A DNA stretch of 64,000 nucleotides, from positions 50,220,001 through 50,284,000 of the forward strand of contig OX597826.1 in assembly GCA_951406725.2 (NCBI GenBank), in the 5' to 3' direction. Both the position numbers and the translations under genes were made by a program. Below are positions 1 through 14,034 of the stretch, one piece after another (within the stretch, counting starts at the first letter, position 1; each line of letters starts with the position of its first letter). The notes under the pieces were generated by a model. That model was not told where the DNA came from and searched no databases. It was given only the letters and a program-made list of their open reading frames with translations. Source of the stretch: Octopus vulgaris (lineage: Eukaryota).

Positions 1-800
1 CCAGGAATTGCAACCAGTCCTAACAGCACCTCTCCACTTATTCCGATCTCGAACATCAAGTTTCCCAGTCACTTTTGTTCATATCTAGTTTCTTCAGGTT
101 TCCCGTCACACAGTCTTTGTACCTTTTCCTCAGCTTATGTTGTGGTCGCTTACCAGAGTTGAACTCACCATAAAAAAAAGACGCTTTGGAAATTGCTTAT
201 CTTTCGTTCTAATAACATGTCCAGCCCATCTCATTTAAACCAAGATAACATGTTGTTCAGTTGAACTACAACGTGCCATGCGCAAAACTTCTGTATCTGG
301 AATGAAACATTCCCACTTGACTCCCAAGATACGTCTGAAGAACTTTTGATGAAATCTCTCCAGAATTTTCATGTGACGCTTGTAAGTCTCACCCGAATAA
401 AAAAAAAAGTGCCGTCAGTACACACGCTTTATATACATACATACATACATACATACATACATACATACATACATACATACATACATACATACATACATAC
501 ATACATACATACATACATACATACATACACACATACATACATACATACATACATACATGCACACACACACATACATACATACATACATACATACATACAT
601 ACATACATACATACATACATACATACATACATACATACATACATACATACATACATACATACATGGTGGCTGCCCCCTCGTTATCAAGTATGGCCATTGC
701 ACGAAGCTTAATCAATGTTGTTATCGTGCAATGCCTGTGCAAGAAGATTTTTTTAAAAGTGAGGAAAGGCTGTGCACCGAGTCAATCCCACTCACTAAGC
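1..800 (-). mobile_element. Decayed RTE-clade LINE, C-terminal part of ORF, interrupted by (ACAT)n
   Basis: Minus-strand translation with frameshifts/stops: VYKACVLTAL...HMKILERFHQK..RRILGVKWE...MRWAGHVIR...PKRLFYGEF..GKRPQHK.RKRYKD, characteristic of RTE/BovB-type ORF ends. Confidence 0.8.
433..663. repeat. (ACAT)n microsatellite; second tract at 1213-1292
   Basis: Directly visible; source of the YIHT/MYVC pseudo-ORFs. Confidence 0.98.
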
Positions 801-849
801 AACAGCAGCCATAATCCGAAAAGAAGAACAAGTCAACATCATCGGTAAC

Positions 850-1212
850 CACTGAGCCGCAGGTTTTATATCGGAGTTATCCCAGTTACCTGAGTTACCT
901 TCTAGAAGGATGCTCTAACAAAGGCTAGGAGTCCTTCACTCCCAATGGTTTAACCGCGCGATCGGTTATTAAGTCCGATTATTACTATGTCCCCGCGCAT
1001 GATACAGCCTTAAGACATTTATTGGATGGCCGTTGACTCTCAAGAGTTCCTCCGCCCTTTGACGGGTTTTGTTTTTCATCCCGCAGGGTGTCCAATAAAC
1101 ACCCTCCTCACCAAGCAAGCTTGGTGGGGTTGCCGGTTTAGTCGCCGACGACCCGACCATGCAACATGTTGTACTGGGTTACATGTTACCAGTAGCACTC
1201 GAAAGTGACCTG
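850..1212 (-). mobile_element. Probable RTE-type 5'-UTR-like segment
   Basis: GC-richer block; minus strand contains ctagcctttgttagagcatccttctagaaggtaactc...ataaaacc, resembling (from recall) RTE 5' UTRs; same orientation as the adjacent RTE ORF remnant. Confidence 0.35.
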
Positions 1213-1263
1213 ACATACATACATACATACATACATACATACATACATACATACATACATACA

Positions 1264-1295
<32 letters not shown>

Positions 1296-1539
1296 AATTC
1301 AAGGTGCGTCAGTTTTTTTAGGGCACTTCTTTCTAACATTTTTTTATTACCTTACTTTTCACATAAATGTCAGCCATCAGGTTGACTCAGTAAATGAAAA
1401 GGTTCCTGCAACCGTTGCCTTAAAAATGTTGCATAGTGATACAGAGTTAGCTCGCTCCTTGAAATTTTTCCGATCCTTCGTTGTCAAAGTTCGAACGGAG
1501 CTGGAAACTGCTATTGGGAATCCAACATTAATAGGGTCC

Positions 1540-2425
1540 TAATACCACCGAAATACATAACTTTGCACAAAAAATCCGAGAAATAATTGATAAAAGGTGT
1601 AGGAGTGGCTATGTGGTAAGTAGCTTGCTAACCAACCACATGGTTCCGGGTTCAGTTCCACTGCGTGGCATCTTGGGCAAGTGTCTTCTGCTATAGCCCC
1701 GGGCCGACCAATGCCTTGTGAGTGGATTTGGTAGACAGAAACTGAAAGGAGCCTGTCGTATATATGTATATATATATATACGTTTGTGTGTGTGCTTGTG
1801 TGTCTGTGTTTGTCCCCCTAGCATCGCTTGACAACCGATGCTGGTGTGTTTACTTCCCCGTCACTTAGCGGTTCGGCAAAAATAGACCGATAGAATAAGT
1901 ACTGGGCTTACAAAGAATAAGTCCCGGGGTCGAGTTGCTCGACTAAAGGCGGTGCTCCAGCATGGCCGCAGTCAATTGACTGAAACAAGTAAAAAAAAAC
2001 AAAAAACCTCCTGAAAAGTCAATTAGAATCATTGCAAAGGACCTCAAGATTTCAGAATGCACTATCAGAAGAGTTGTGCATGAGGGACATCCGTACAAGC
2101 CGTATGTGATGTGGAGGCTAGGAGCAAGACAGAATCAAATGTAACAAGAGAGAATCGTTCGATCCGTGCAAAGCGTTTGCTGAACAAATTAAAACTCCGA
2201 GAAGCTGGAGTGCTTTAGGCTTTTTTTTATTATTATTTTTTTTCGATAAGAGAAACTTCAATCAGGACCAAAAGTTAAACCGAACGAACGGCGGCAGATA
2301 GTTATGCAGAGAACAGAATAAGGTTACAACTGTCATGCATACTAAAGTCCCAGCAGCCTGTGATGGTTCTGAGAGTCATCAGCAGCTAGAGACATGCCAT
2401 GTCTCCTCACTTTTTTTTTCACGGG
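1540..2425 (+). pseudogene. Decayed Tc1/mariner (maT/DD37D-like) transposase, split by a SINE at ~1595-2005
   Basis: Plus-strand reading PEKSIRIIAKDLKISECTIRRVVHE..YKPYV...RAKRLLNKLK...F(S)DKRNFNQDQK.NR.N..R.LC....V.TVMHTK.PA.VMVLRVISS...MSPHFF, i.e. HTH plus the first catalytic Asp region, with stops and frameshifts. Confidence 0.75.
1595..2005 (+). mobile_element. SINE family A (tRNA-derived head, CORE-like box, internal (TA)/(TG) microsatellite, gtaaaagag tail)
   Basis: A-box-like tggctatgtggtaag, B-box-like ggttcagttcc, cttgggcaagtgtc CORE-like motif; about 25 copies or fragments in the window. Confidence 0.9.
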
Positions 2426-2493
2426 ACTTTTATAATTTGGCACAATTATACACTTGCCCAAACTGAATTGCTGGAGTTTTTAAATTTTTTTTT

Positions 2494-2699
2494 TTACTTG
2501 TTTCAGTCATTTGACTGCGGCCATGCCGGAGCACCGCCTTTAGTCGAGCAAATCGACCCCGGGACTTATTCTTTGTAAGCCCAGTACTTATTCTATCGGT
2601 CTCTTTTGCCGAACCGCTAAGTGACGGGGACGTAAACACACCAGCATCGGTTGTCAAGCAATGCTAGGGGGACAAACACAGACACACAAACACACACAT

Positions 2700-2736
<37 letters not shown>

Positions 2737-2902
2737 TACGACAGGCTTCTTTCAGTTTCCGTCTACCAAATCCACTCACAAGGCTTTGGTCGGCCCGAGG
2801 CTATAGCAGAAGACACTTGCCCAAGATGCCACGCAGTGGGACTGAACCCGGAACCATGTGGTTGGTAAGCAAGCTACTTACCACACAGCCACTCCTACAC
2901 CT
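2494..2902 (-). mobile_element. SINE family A, full length, inverted relative to 1595-2005
   Basis: Reverse complement of the same consensus. Confidence 0.9.
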
Positions 2903-4608
2903 ATTTCATTTTTCCAGAAAAACGTTTTTAAAAAGTTTAAAATTTGATCATTTACACCCAGTCCAGGAAACAGTATTGGGAAGCTGTCATTTTGTGCGTG
3001 ACTGCACATTTTGTCGGCAAACACCCTGAAAATAGCTCGCGTTGTCAATATTTGTAAATACGTGTTATGTCTCCGGGAATTTTCTTTCATGTTTATGTTA
3101 ATTTAAAAGATTTATCCAAAAATCTTATTTAGCTGTTATTTTTAGCACACCTCACAACCTCCTCAACGGTCAATGACAAAAAGAAACGAGTAAACAAACA
3201 TTTAAGTATTCAATATACATTTAATGTAAATACGATGAACAGGTTACATGCGATAAACACATTACAATTTTAAAATGCTTAAAAAAACACAAACATTTAA
3301 GCATTCTATACACATTTAATGCAAATGCGATAAACAACACGTTACATGCGATTGCAAGTACATGTTCCCACCATGTCTTTTCGTACACATAACATGCCTC
3401 TTTTTACATAGTTTTCTTTTGGGTGTCAAGCACTTTTCTTGAAGGTATGACACAGTATCCTCCTGTTTTCAATGTTTCCATAACAGAAGCGAAGTTACTT
3501 GCTGCCATAATCACACAGAACATAGTGTCAAATTTGTCAACACGTGCTTCCTCGCAGATAAAAGACTTTTCAAAGGCTGCTCGGTTTTGCTTGTTACTAT
3601 GGCAACAGACACGTGCTTTCTCGCAAACAAAAGAGTTCTCATGTTCCGCTTCTTACTGTCGAAACAGGCATGAATGTGCCTGTGGCTTACGATTGGCTAA
3701 AATTTCCAAAATTTTCAAACTTACTAATAATTGCTAATAGCTCTTAATACATTGATTTATAGCGAAAATTATTTTCTCGTCGTTAAGTAACCTCTAAAAG
3801 TGTATCATTAAACTGAATATGAAATCAATTCGAACAGAATTGATGCTGGCAGCCAAACAAACTATACCTCTATCCTTAATTATAACGATAGATACCGATT
3901 ACTGTAATGCCATATAATCTGTATTTTATATAATCTAATTCAATAACTTTATTTTATTTGCTTCTAGCCTTAGGTACTATTTGCTTCATCCTCCCCAATT
4001 ACGGACTTGATAATTCTTTATGCCAATTACTGGATCTAGTTTTTTTTCCATTCGCAAAATATGCATTTTTTAAAAGACAGTAAAAAAACTCTGAAAATCG
4101 GCTATAATAGTGTAGCCTTCCAGTCTCAATGCATATATTTTCCACGTAAATAAGCGTGAATATAAAAAACTTAGTTCAGTTTCTTTTAATACGCTTTTCG
4201 CTATCTGCTACCACCACCTCCATTTCTACCACCACCATCAGCTTTCTCTCCTCCTCTCCTTCCTTCCTCTCTCCCTCTCTCTGCCTTTCTTTAACCTCAC
4301 CATCAGAACATCACCCCTCTGCTAAAATTATATTTTTAACTCTCCTCCTCTACCTTCAACTAACTTTTGAGATATACAACACTTAGACTTAATTCACACG
4401 CACGCACATACATATATATATTCACATACACACATAGACACACACATAGACACATACACACGCTCATACAAGATTAAAAATATAATCAAGTTTACTCCTA
4501 AAACAATATACAAACTTCACAATCGGGGCTAGCCATAGTTTAGGAAGTCAAGGTCTTAATCATTGTATGATGTGTCCTAATGACCTTTTCCACTTTATAC
4601 AACCAAAC

Positions 4609-4609
<1 letters not shown>

Positions 4610-4645
<36 letters not shown>

Positions 4646-4680
4646 TGTTGTTGTTACTATTATTGTTATTATTATTATTA

Positions 4681-4756
<76 letters not shown>

Positions 4757-5238
4757 GGATGCAAGGGCCGAAAAATATATTTAGGACAAAACAAAGACAA
4801 AGGGGAGTGAGGTATTATGTATGTGTGTGTGTGTCTATGTGTGTGTGTATGTGTGTGTAAGTGTGCGTGTTGTGTGTGTGTGAGAGTGTGTGTGTGTGTG
4901 TGCGCGCGTGTGTAAACAGTTTAAGCAATAAAAATTAACGAGAAAATGCTACTACTAAAAGCAATAATCATTATCATATTAATAACGGTTTCAAAATTTG
5001 GCACATGGCCAGCAATTTTAGGAAAAAGAGTTAGTCAGTGGTATTGACCCAAGGCCTCAAATTATTGACCCTAATAAGATGAAACGCGAAGTCGATCTTG
5101 ATAGGACTTGAACTGAGAAGTAAAGAACCACAAGAAATGCCGCTAAGTATTTTGACCGACGCGCTAACGATTCTGCCAGATCGCTGCCTAAGGACAATGC
5201 AAAGGACATTTAGGATGATACAAAGATAAAGGTCAATA

Positions 5239-5323
<85 letters not shown>
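4610..5323. repeat. (AAT)/(ATT)n, (TG)n and (AAC)n(AAT)n microsatellites
   Basis: Directly visible. Confidence 0.95.
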
Positions 5324-5326
<3 letters not shown>

Positions 5327-5610
5327 AAAATTCTGAATTTTCAGGTTTTGCGATGGAGGTATGTTTGTGAGTGAAAGATCAGAGCATGCCAGTGCAATCA
5401 ATGCAATGGGGTAGGGGAAGTAATGTCATTTATATAGTGAGGAAAATAAAATATTAATATGACAGACGAATATGATTTCATACCGATTTTAGCGATTAAG
5501 GCTGATAACTTGGACATGTTCCAGGTTGATTAAACTTCTACAGAGAAACTTAGCCATGTCCGTATTTTCCAAATTAAATTATATTAGCAAGATTCGCTTT
5601 TATATTCTCT

Positions 5611-5793
5611 CTTTTACTCTTTTACTTGTTTCAGTCATTTGACTGCGGCCATGCTGTAGCACCGCCTTTTTTAGTTGAGCAAATCGAGCCCTAGTACTTA
5701 TTCTATCGGCCTCTTTCGCCGAAACGCTAAGTTACACCAGCATCGTTTGTCAAGCGATGTTGGGGGGACAAACACAGACACACAAACATACAC

Positions 5794-5877
<84 letters not shown>

Positions 5878-6050
5878 TCATATATACGACGGGCTTCTTT
5901 CAGTTTCCGTCTACAAAATCCACTTACATGGCTTTGGTCGGCCTGAAGCTATAGTAGAAGACACTTGCCCAAGATGCCACACAGTGGGACTGAACCCGGA
6001 ACCATGTGGTTGGTAAGCAAGCTACTTACCACACAGCCACTCCTGCGCCT
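5611..6050 (-). mobile_element. SINE family A
   Basis: Same consensus with an expanded internal (CA)n(TA)n. Confidence 0.9.
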
Positions 6051-6933
6051 CTTGAAGAATTTTTAGTCGAACCTAGTACCTTTTATTTTTTAAGCCTGAT
6101 ACTTATTCGATCGGATCTTTTGCCGTAGGTTTTGATTTCGGCAGGTCATCAGTTTTTAAGGGTAAGTATTTAATCGATTACATTGACCCTCCAGTACTTG
6201 ACTGACACTTTATTTTAGTGACATTGGATAAATGAGATAAAACTGACTTTGATAGGATTTGAACTCAAAACGCAACGAACCGGAACAATAACTGCAAGAC
6301 ATCCGGTGTCATTGTCTTATACAGCCGCCACCATGGACCGTATTTTTTGTCTCCATCTCGACAACCATCTTTGTTCAATTTGTTTCCGTTTCTTTTTCAC
6401 TTTTCTTCAAACATAGTGTATTTAAGCCTACATTATTTAATATACTCTTCCGTTAAGACAGTTTGGTGTGATTTGAAGACGGAGACGGTTTTTAGCCTCT
6501 ATTTCTGGAAGGTCGAACGATAGTTTATAGTGAGACATTTATTTATCTTTCAGGAGTGGCATTGAACTGTTCTATTTAGAAAATATATGTGACCTTAAAC
6601 CAGTGTAAAGTAACAATAAGATAAGAAAGCGAAAAATGCTGGGTGGAGGCGAATATATATATATGTGTGTATATGTCTAAAAGAAAATTTTTAAATAGAA
6701 AATAAGCAAATCAGATAATTTTAATATAAATATAAGTTTATTTTTATAATCCAAGTTTAAAATATAAATTTACATTATAAATATAATACGCAGTGACTGT
6801 GTGGTAAGAAGCTTGCTTCCCAACCATATTGTACCGGATTTTGTCTCACCTCACGTGGCACCACTATAACCTCGAGCAGAACCAAAGCCTTGTGAGTGGG
6901 TTTGGTAGATGAAAACTGAAAGAAGCCCGTCGT

Positions 6934-7017
<84 letters not shown>

Positions 7018-7156
7018 GACGACGATGCTGGAGTACCATTCTTTTTACTCTTTTACTTGTTTCAGTCATTTGACTGCGGCCATGCTGCAGCACCGCCTAT
7101 AGTCGAGCAAATCGATCCCAGGACTTATTCTTTGTAAGCATAGTACTTATTCACAC

Positions 7157-7212
<56 letters not shown>

Positions 7213-7499
7213 GAGAAAAGAGGAGAGACGAAGACACAGGGAGACCAAGACCAAGACAGGGGTAGCAATGTGTTTTTTCTTCTTTCTCGAGAAGTTAGAT
7301 TATAAAGTATGGCTCTAAAGATTTTTCCCGCCTCTAGTGTATAGCGCTTATCTCGGCAATCAATTGTATATCGCAGTTTCCGCTCTAGGCCTTTGCTTCT
7401 CAGCGGCCATGTCGAATTTGACAATTTTAGATACCATATTGCTTAGATGTAACAGGGAACTTTATCTCTACACACAATCTCTCTGTATATCTATATCAG

Positions 7500-8550
<1,051 letters not shown>

Positions 8551-8944
8551 GTCTATGTAGGCACTGACATTGACGTCAAATTGTTTTTTAACTCTGCTGT
8601 CTGCTTTTTTTGTGGTTGCTACGACCAGAGAACGAAAAATAACGATGTCCTTCCACGTATGATCACCAAGTGCAAGCAACGTTCGGCTCTCTAAACCTAT
8701 CTACCTCTCTAAGCTATCTGCAATCACATTCTACCCACCACCACCACCACCATCACCCCCAGTACCAGCACCAGCACCACCATTTCGTCAATGACCAGCA
8801 TTATAATTTTGGCACGCTGGGGGTCAAGTGGTGACCTCTCTTTCTCATATGTGAGTAACAGATGGTCCATAGCACTGCAAAAACAACTTGGGCGAAAAAC
8901 AGAAATCTTTAAGCTGGTTTATTATTTATACATGTGAAGAGGTG

Positions 8945-8952
8945 CTTGTTGA

Positions 8953-9010
<58 letters not shown>

Positions 9011-9520
9011 GGTGGTGGTGGTGGTGAAGGTGGTGATGGTTGTAGTGGTGATGGTTGTGGTGCTGGTGGTGGTGCTGGTGGTGGTGGTGGTGAAGGTGGT
9101 GGTGGTGATGGTTGTGGTGGTGGTGCTGGTGGTGGTGCTGGTGGTGGTGCTGGTGGTGGTGGTGAAGGTGGTGGTGCTGGTGGTGGTGGTGGTGGTGACG
9201 TTAATAGTGGTGGTGCTGGTGAAGGTGGTGGTGGTGGTGAAGGTGGTTGTGGTGGTGGTGGTGATGGTTGTGGTGGTGAAGGTGGTGGTGAAGGTGGTGC
9301 TGGTGGTGGTGGTAGTGGTGACGTTAATAGTGGTGACGTTAATAGTGGTGGTTTTAGTGGTGCTGGTGCTGGTGGGGTATGTTGGTGGTGGCGATGGTGA
9401 TGATGATTGTAATGGTTACGGTGGTAACGGGGGCGGTGGTAGGGATGGTGGTAATGGTGATGGTGGTGGGGGGTAGTGGTAATGCTGATGGTGGTGATGG
9501 TAGTGGCAATGGTGATGATA
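8945..9520. repeat. Degenerate (GTT)/(GGT)n trinucleotide array, continuing at 11030-11275
   Basis: Directly visible; gives spurious poly-Gly/Pro/Val ORFs. Confidence 0.95.
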
Positions 9521-9529
9521 ATGAAGGTA

Positions 9530-9897
9530 GGTACTACTAGCGAAGACTGGACCCGGTGTGCGCACACGCGCACTCGCGCGTCCGCGCTAGCTAGTCGTAA
9601 GTAGTCGATCGTACAACGACTTGCGCGTATGCAAATGAGTTGATTTTACAGAATAAAATAAAAGAATTTTTTCAAGAAAGTAAATAAATTATTTCTTAGA
9701 ACAATGTATATGATTTTTTTTTACACAAATCAAATAAAATGTGTGTGATATATTCTTTTAGTTTTCATATTCTTTAGTTTTTAATCATGTGTGTGTGTGT
9801 GTATACACACCGATACAAATAGATATTATATATGTGTTTATGTGTGATATATTCTTTTACTAGTTTTTGGACAGCATCCATAGTAGGTACATCATTC

Positions 9898-9961
<64 letters not shown>

Positions 9962-11029
9962 GTGTGTGTGTGCGTGTGTGTATATGTGTGTGTATATACA
10001 TGTGTGTATATGTGTGTGTATATACATGTGTGTATATGTGTGTGTATATACATGTGTGTGTATGTGAGTATATATATATATGTGTGTGTGTGTATGTATG
10101 TGTGTGTATATATGTATGTGTGTATATATGTATGTGTGTGTATATATATATATATGTGTGTGTGAGAAAGAGAGAAGAAACAAAATATCCATTTCTTTAC
10201 TACCCACAAGGGGTTATACACAGAAGGGACAGACAAAGGGATTAACTCGATTACATCGACCCCAGTGCGCAACTGGTACTTATTTAATCGACCCCGAAAG
10301 GATGAAAGGCAAAGTCGACCTCGGTGGAATTTGAACTCAGAACGTAACGGCAGACGAAATACGGCTGTGCATTTCGCCCGGCGTGCTAACGTTTCTTATT
10401 TCTTTGTTGCCCACAGGGGCTAAACACAGAGAGGACAAACAAGGACAGACAAAGGGATTAAGTCGATTACATCGACCCCAGTGCGCAACTGGTACTTATT
10501 TAATCGACCCCGAAAGGATGAAAGGCAAAGTCGACCTCGGTGGAATTTGAACTCAGAACGTAACGGCAGACGAAATACGGCTGTGCATTTCGCCCGGCGT
10601 GCTAACGTTTCTGCCAGCTCGCCACCTTTGAGTGAAACCAAGAAAGAAAATATCCTTAAGATGATAAGGAATGGAAAGTTGATATCGATTGATGGATTTG
10701 ATAAGATGAAGATATTTTGGTAACAGTTCATTACACGTGTGTATCCGTGTGTAAGAATGTCTGAGCGAGAGAGGAGAGCATATTACAGCATTCCATGAAG
10801 GGCTTTGTTTTTTTTGGTTTGTTTTGATGTTTTCTTGTTTGTTTATTTACACTAACCCCCATCACCCTTGTCCTGATCATTAATTAGACCCATTGGTTGT
10901 CTTCCAACCTACAACACAACTCATTTGCATACGCGCAAGTCGTTGTAGGATCGACTACTTACGACTAGCTAGCGCGGACGTGCGACTGCGCGTGTGCGCG
11001 CACCGGGTCCAGTCTTCGCTAGTGGTACC
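9530..11029. mobile_element. Non-autonomous Mutator-like DNA transposon, 1500 bp, 113-bp TIRs, 9-bp TSD (1 mismatch)
   Basis: 9530-9642 (ggtactactagcgaagactggacccgg...atgcaaatgagttg) is the near-perfect reverse complement of 10917-11029; flanks are atgaaggta (9521-9529) and atgaaggtg (11030-11038). Confidence 0.85.
10190..10628 (-). mobile_element. Two tandem SINE B units inside the Mutator-like element; similar tandem at ~18397-18798
   Basis: About 10190-10395 and 10396-10628 are near-identical over ~160 bp. More degenerate B copies lie near 4985-5190, 12050-12240, 23145-23345 and 38210-38365. Confidence 0.85.
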
Positions 11030-11531
11030 ATGAAGGTGATGGTGCTGAAGGAGGTGGTTGTGGAGATAGCGGTGGTGGTGGCGATAGTTGTGAAAGTGGT
11101 GATGATGATGATGATGATGATGATATTGCTTGCGGTGATTGTGATGATGGTAGTGATGGTGATAATAAAAGTGCTGATGGTGGTGGTGACGGTCAGGTGA
11201 TGATGGTCGTGGTGATGGTTATGGTGGTGGTGGTGGTGGTGGTGGTGGCGGTGCTGCTGCTGCTGCTGCTGCTGTAGGTGTCATTGCCATCGTATTCCCA
11301 TCCACCCACCCCGGATGCCAAGATAAGTAATTTTCGGGTCTTGTAATTGAATGTTACTAGGTTATCAAAGTTAGATTCCAGAATGTGGCAAACTGGGCTG
11401 CTGGTGGATCTCCGTCGTTCGGCGAAGAGGATTCACTTATTCAATCACCAAGTATTAACGTGTAAAGTGGCTGAGTGTTTCAAAATATACGTGTACCCTT
11501 TGCGTAATTCTCCGCCAGAATCAACATGACA

Positions 11532-11579
<48 letters not shown>

Positions 11580-12809
11580 ATGCATGCGCGTGTGGGTATG
11601 AATGACGAGTCTGAAAGTTTTGAATTATAGGGTCAGTACACCCGACAGGCTTCTTTATAGTTTCCGTCTACTCAATTTGGGTCTTTTCTGTTTGGCTGGA
11701 AATTTCAAAGTTTATTGAAATTTTCAAAATTTGGTATATTGATGTAATTTTCCACGCTGAATCTCAGGAGATGTTTCAGATCTTTACCTTTTGACTGACA
11801 GATTTAAAAAATATCTTTTTGTAACTAAACACCGACAGAAGGTAATGGCGAACTTCTGATGACTCTTTCGCCACAACTTTCTCTAACTCTTTCCTCCTGC
11901 AGCTCACCTGCGACGGACCGACGTCCCGTCCAGGTGGGGAACCTATACGCTAAGGAAACCGGGAAACCGGGCCTTATGAGCCAGGCATGGCTCGAGAAGG
12001 AACAAACAAATATATTATATCAAATCATTTTATATTCCATATTGCTAAAAGGCGGTGAGCTGGCAGAATCGTTAGCACGGCATTTTCTTCTGGCTTTACG
12101 TTCAGAGTTCAAATACCACTGAGGTCGACTTTGCCTTTCACCCTTTCAGGGTCAATGAAATAAATAACAGTTGAGCACTGGGGTTCATGTAATCAACTGG
12201 CACTCTCCCACGAAAATTTCAAGCTTTGAGCCTATAGTAAAGAGGATTATATTATATTTAACTAAAATACAAAATGAATATTCTAATTTGAAAACATACA
12301 CCCGGAATAGAATCAAACTAGCGTGTTATTCACATCTAACTATAGAAGGGTGGTTACTGCTTTTGGAATTCACTTTCCCTTATTTGGATTTGATTAAATG
12401 TAAATTTATCGGACGACTCATATCAATTTCATGAAATCTCTACTTCCCTGATAAGCTCATTATAAGGCCTGAAGCATGTTTACAGTTGTCTCCCTTACTG
12501 AAATAAGATAAATTAAGTCGTTGACAAATAGTTTTTGCTTGTATATATTTTCTTCCTTGCATCATTGTATCAAGTTAGTTTTTCAATTCTGTCTACACAA
12601 ATTTGAGTGTCAATTTAATTTCGTTGTTCAAACTTGCGGCCTTGGTCCTGTTTTCTTAAAGAAATTATATAAATTTGGGATATTATGTTACCTTCATTTT
12701 TAGTATAAATGTCCTAATTAAATTCCTTCGAATGGTGTATAGATTAAGGCATGAATAAGTGATGGGACAAAACCAAAATAATTCTAAGAAATCTGGTGAT
12801 GGTTTGTAC

Positions 12810-13110
12810 GAATGAAAATAGTTATACGATGAGATTTGTGGAGCTTGGATAAGTTTGTATGGTATGGGCAAGAGAAAAAAGTGACCATTCCACGTCGTCT
12901 TTTGGTCAGAGAAGAAAGAGGTTTCTCAGGAAATTTTATCTTTAGAAGATAGCTTATATAGAATGAAAATAGTTATACGATGAGATTTGTGGAGCTTGGA
13001 TAAGTTTGTATAGTATGGGCAAGAGAAAAAAGTGACCATTCCACGTCGTCTTTTGGTCAGAGAAGAAAGAGGTTCCTCAGGATATTTTATCTTTAGAAGA
13101 TAGCTTATAT
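12810..13110. repeat. 151-bp tandem duplication
   Basis: 12810-12960 is repeated at 12961-13110 with about 3 substitutions. Confidence 0.92.
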
Positions 13111-13863
13111 AAATGAATGGAATCCAGCGAGACCGCTATTAAAATCAGAAATAAGCTTTGATCGTTTATAAGGTATTTCGCTTGATTGAGATTTTGTTAG
13201 CCACTATGGGAATTTTTTTATTTCTTGATTATTTTCTTAGCCAAGAGGTAAAACAATACTCTCTGCAGGGCCTCCGAAACGGGTAGGAAGGAAACAGGAA
13301 GGTATCCACAAACGAGAGACCTGAGCTGAATGTTTTCAATAGAGTGACCTCTTCTAAAGGCACTCGAGGATGAGATGATGATATTAAACCTAGCGACGGA
13401 CTGAATCGATCGCTCAAGTAGGTCACAGTAGGATTTGAATTCAGAATGCAAACAGCCAAAGCAAATACAAGACAGCTTGTCAGACGATTCGAAGCCCTGG
13501 ATTCATACTTAATTTATTGACCCAGGAAGGATGAAAACCGAAAGTTGACCAAGGCAGGATTTGAACTCCGATTGTTTAGTGAATCTGCTAATTCGCAACC
13601 TCACTAAATAATGTAAAAAGGATATATTTAAATGGACCATGAATCATTTTCAGCTCAGCACAGAACGTTAACATTTTTTTCTAAGGTTCTAATATCATAC
13701 AGACCAAATTCTTCGCTGTCTTCAATTTTGTCATCTCAAAATTTTAAGTTGAAAGACTTCAAGACCTTTTCATCACTATGTGGTACATAAAGTATATATT
13801 GTGTAATTAATGACCAGCAAAATCACAATTATGCAAATTTGGCTAACTACTAATGCATTAGCC

Positions 13864-13911
<48 letters not shown>

Positions 13912-14034
13912 ATTTACATATATGTGTGTGCGAGTGTGTGTGTGCGTGTGTTTGTATGTATGTGTGTGTGTGTGTGTGTTATACACACACACACACAATG
14001 CACGCACACAGACATATGTAGTAAATGTATGTAC

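Noticed and set aside
2661-3029. Recurrent ORFs such as MLGGQTQTHKH...PGTMWLVSKLLTTQPLL as a gene family
   Set aside because: They are translations of SINE A and recur wherever that SINE occurs.
2940-3895. Second Helitron-like element (minus-strand start tctatcgttataattaagg)
   Set aside because: Only a 5'-like end was seen; I could not find a hairpin-CTAG 3' end.
8888-9573. Gly-rich, extensin-like Pro-rich and Val-rich ORFs
   Set aside because: Several frames are open only because the DNA is a (GGT)n array; there is no splice or domain support, and the array is split by a transposon.
9536-11024. CACTA/EnSpm assignment from cactagcg at the right end
   Set aside because: The inverted repeat extends 5 bp further out (ggtac) to a 9-bp duplication, and no 2-3-bp TSD fits CACTA ends.
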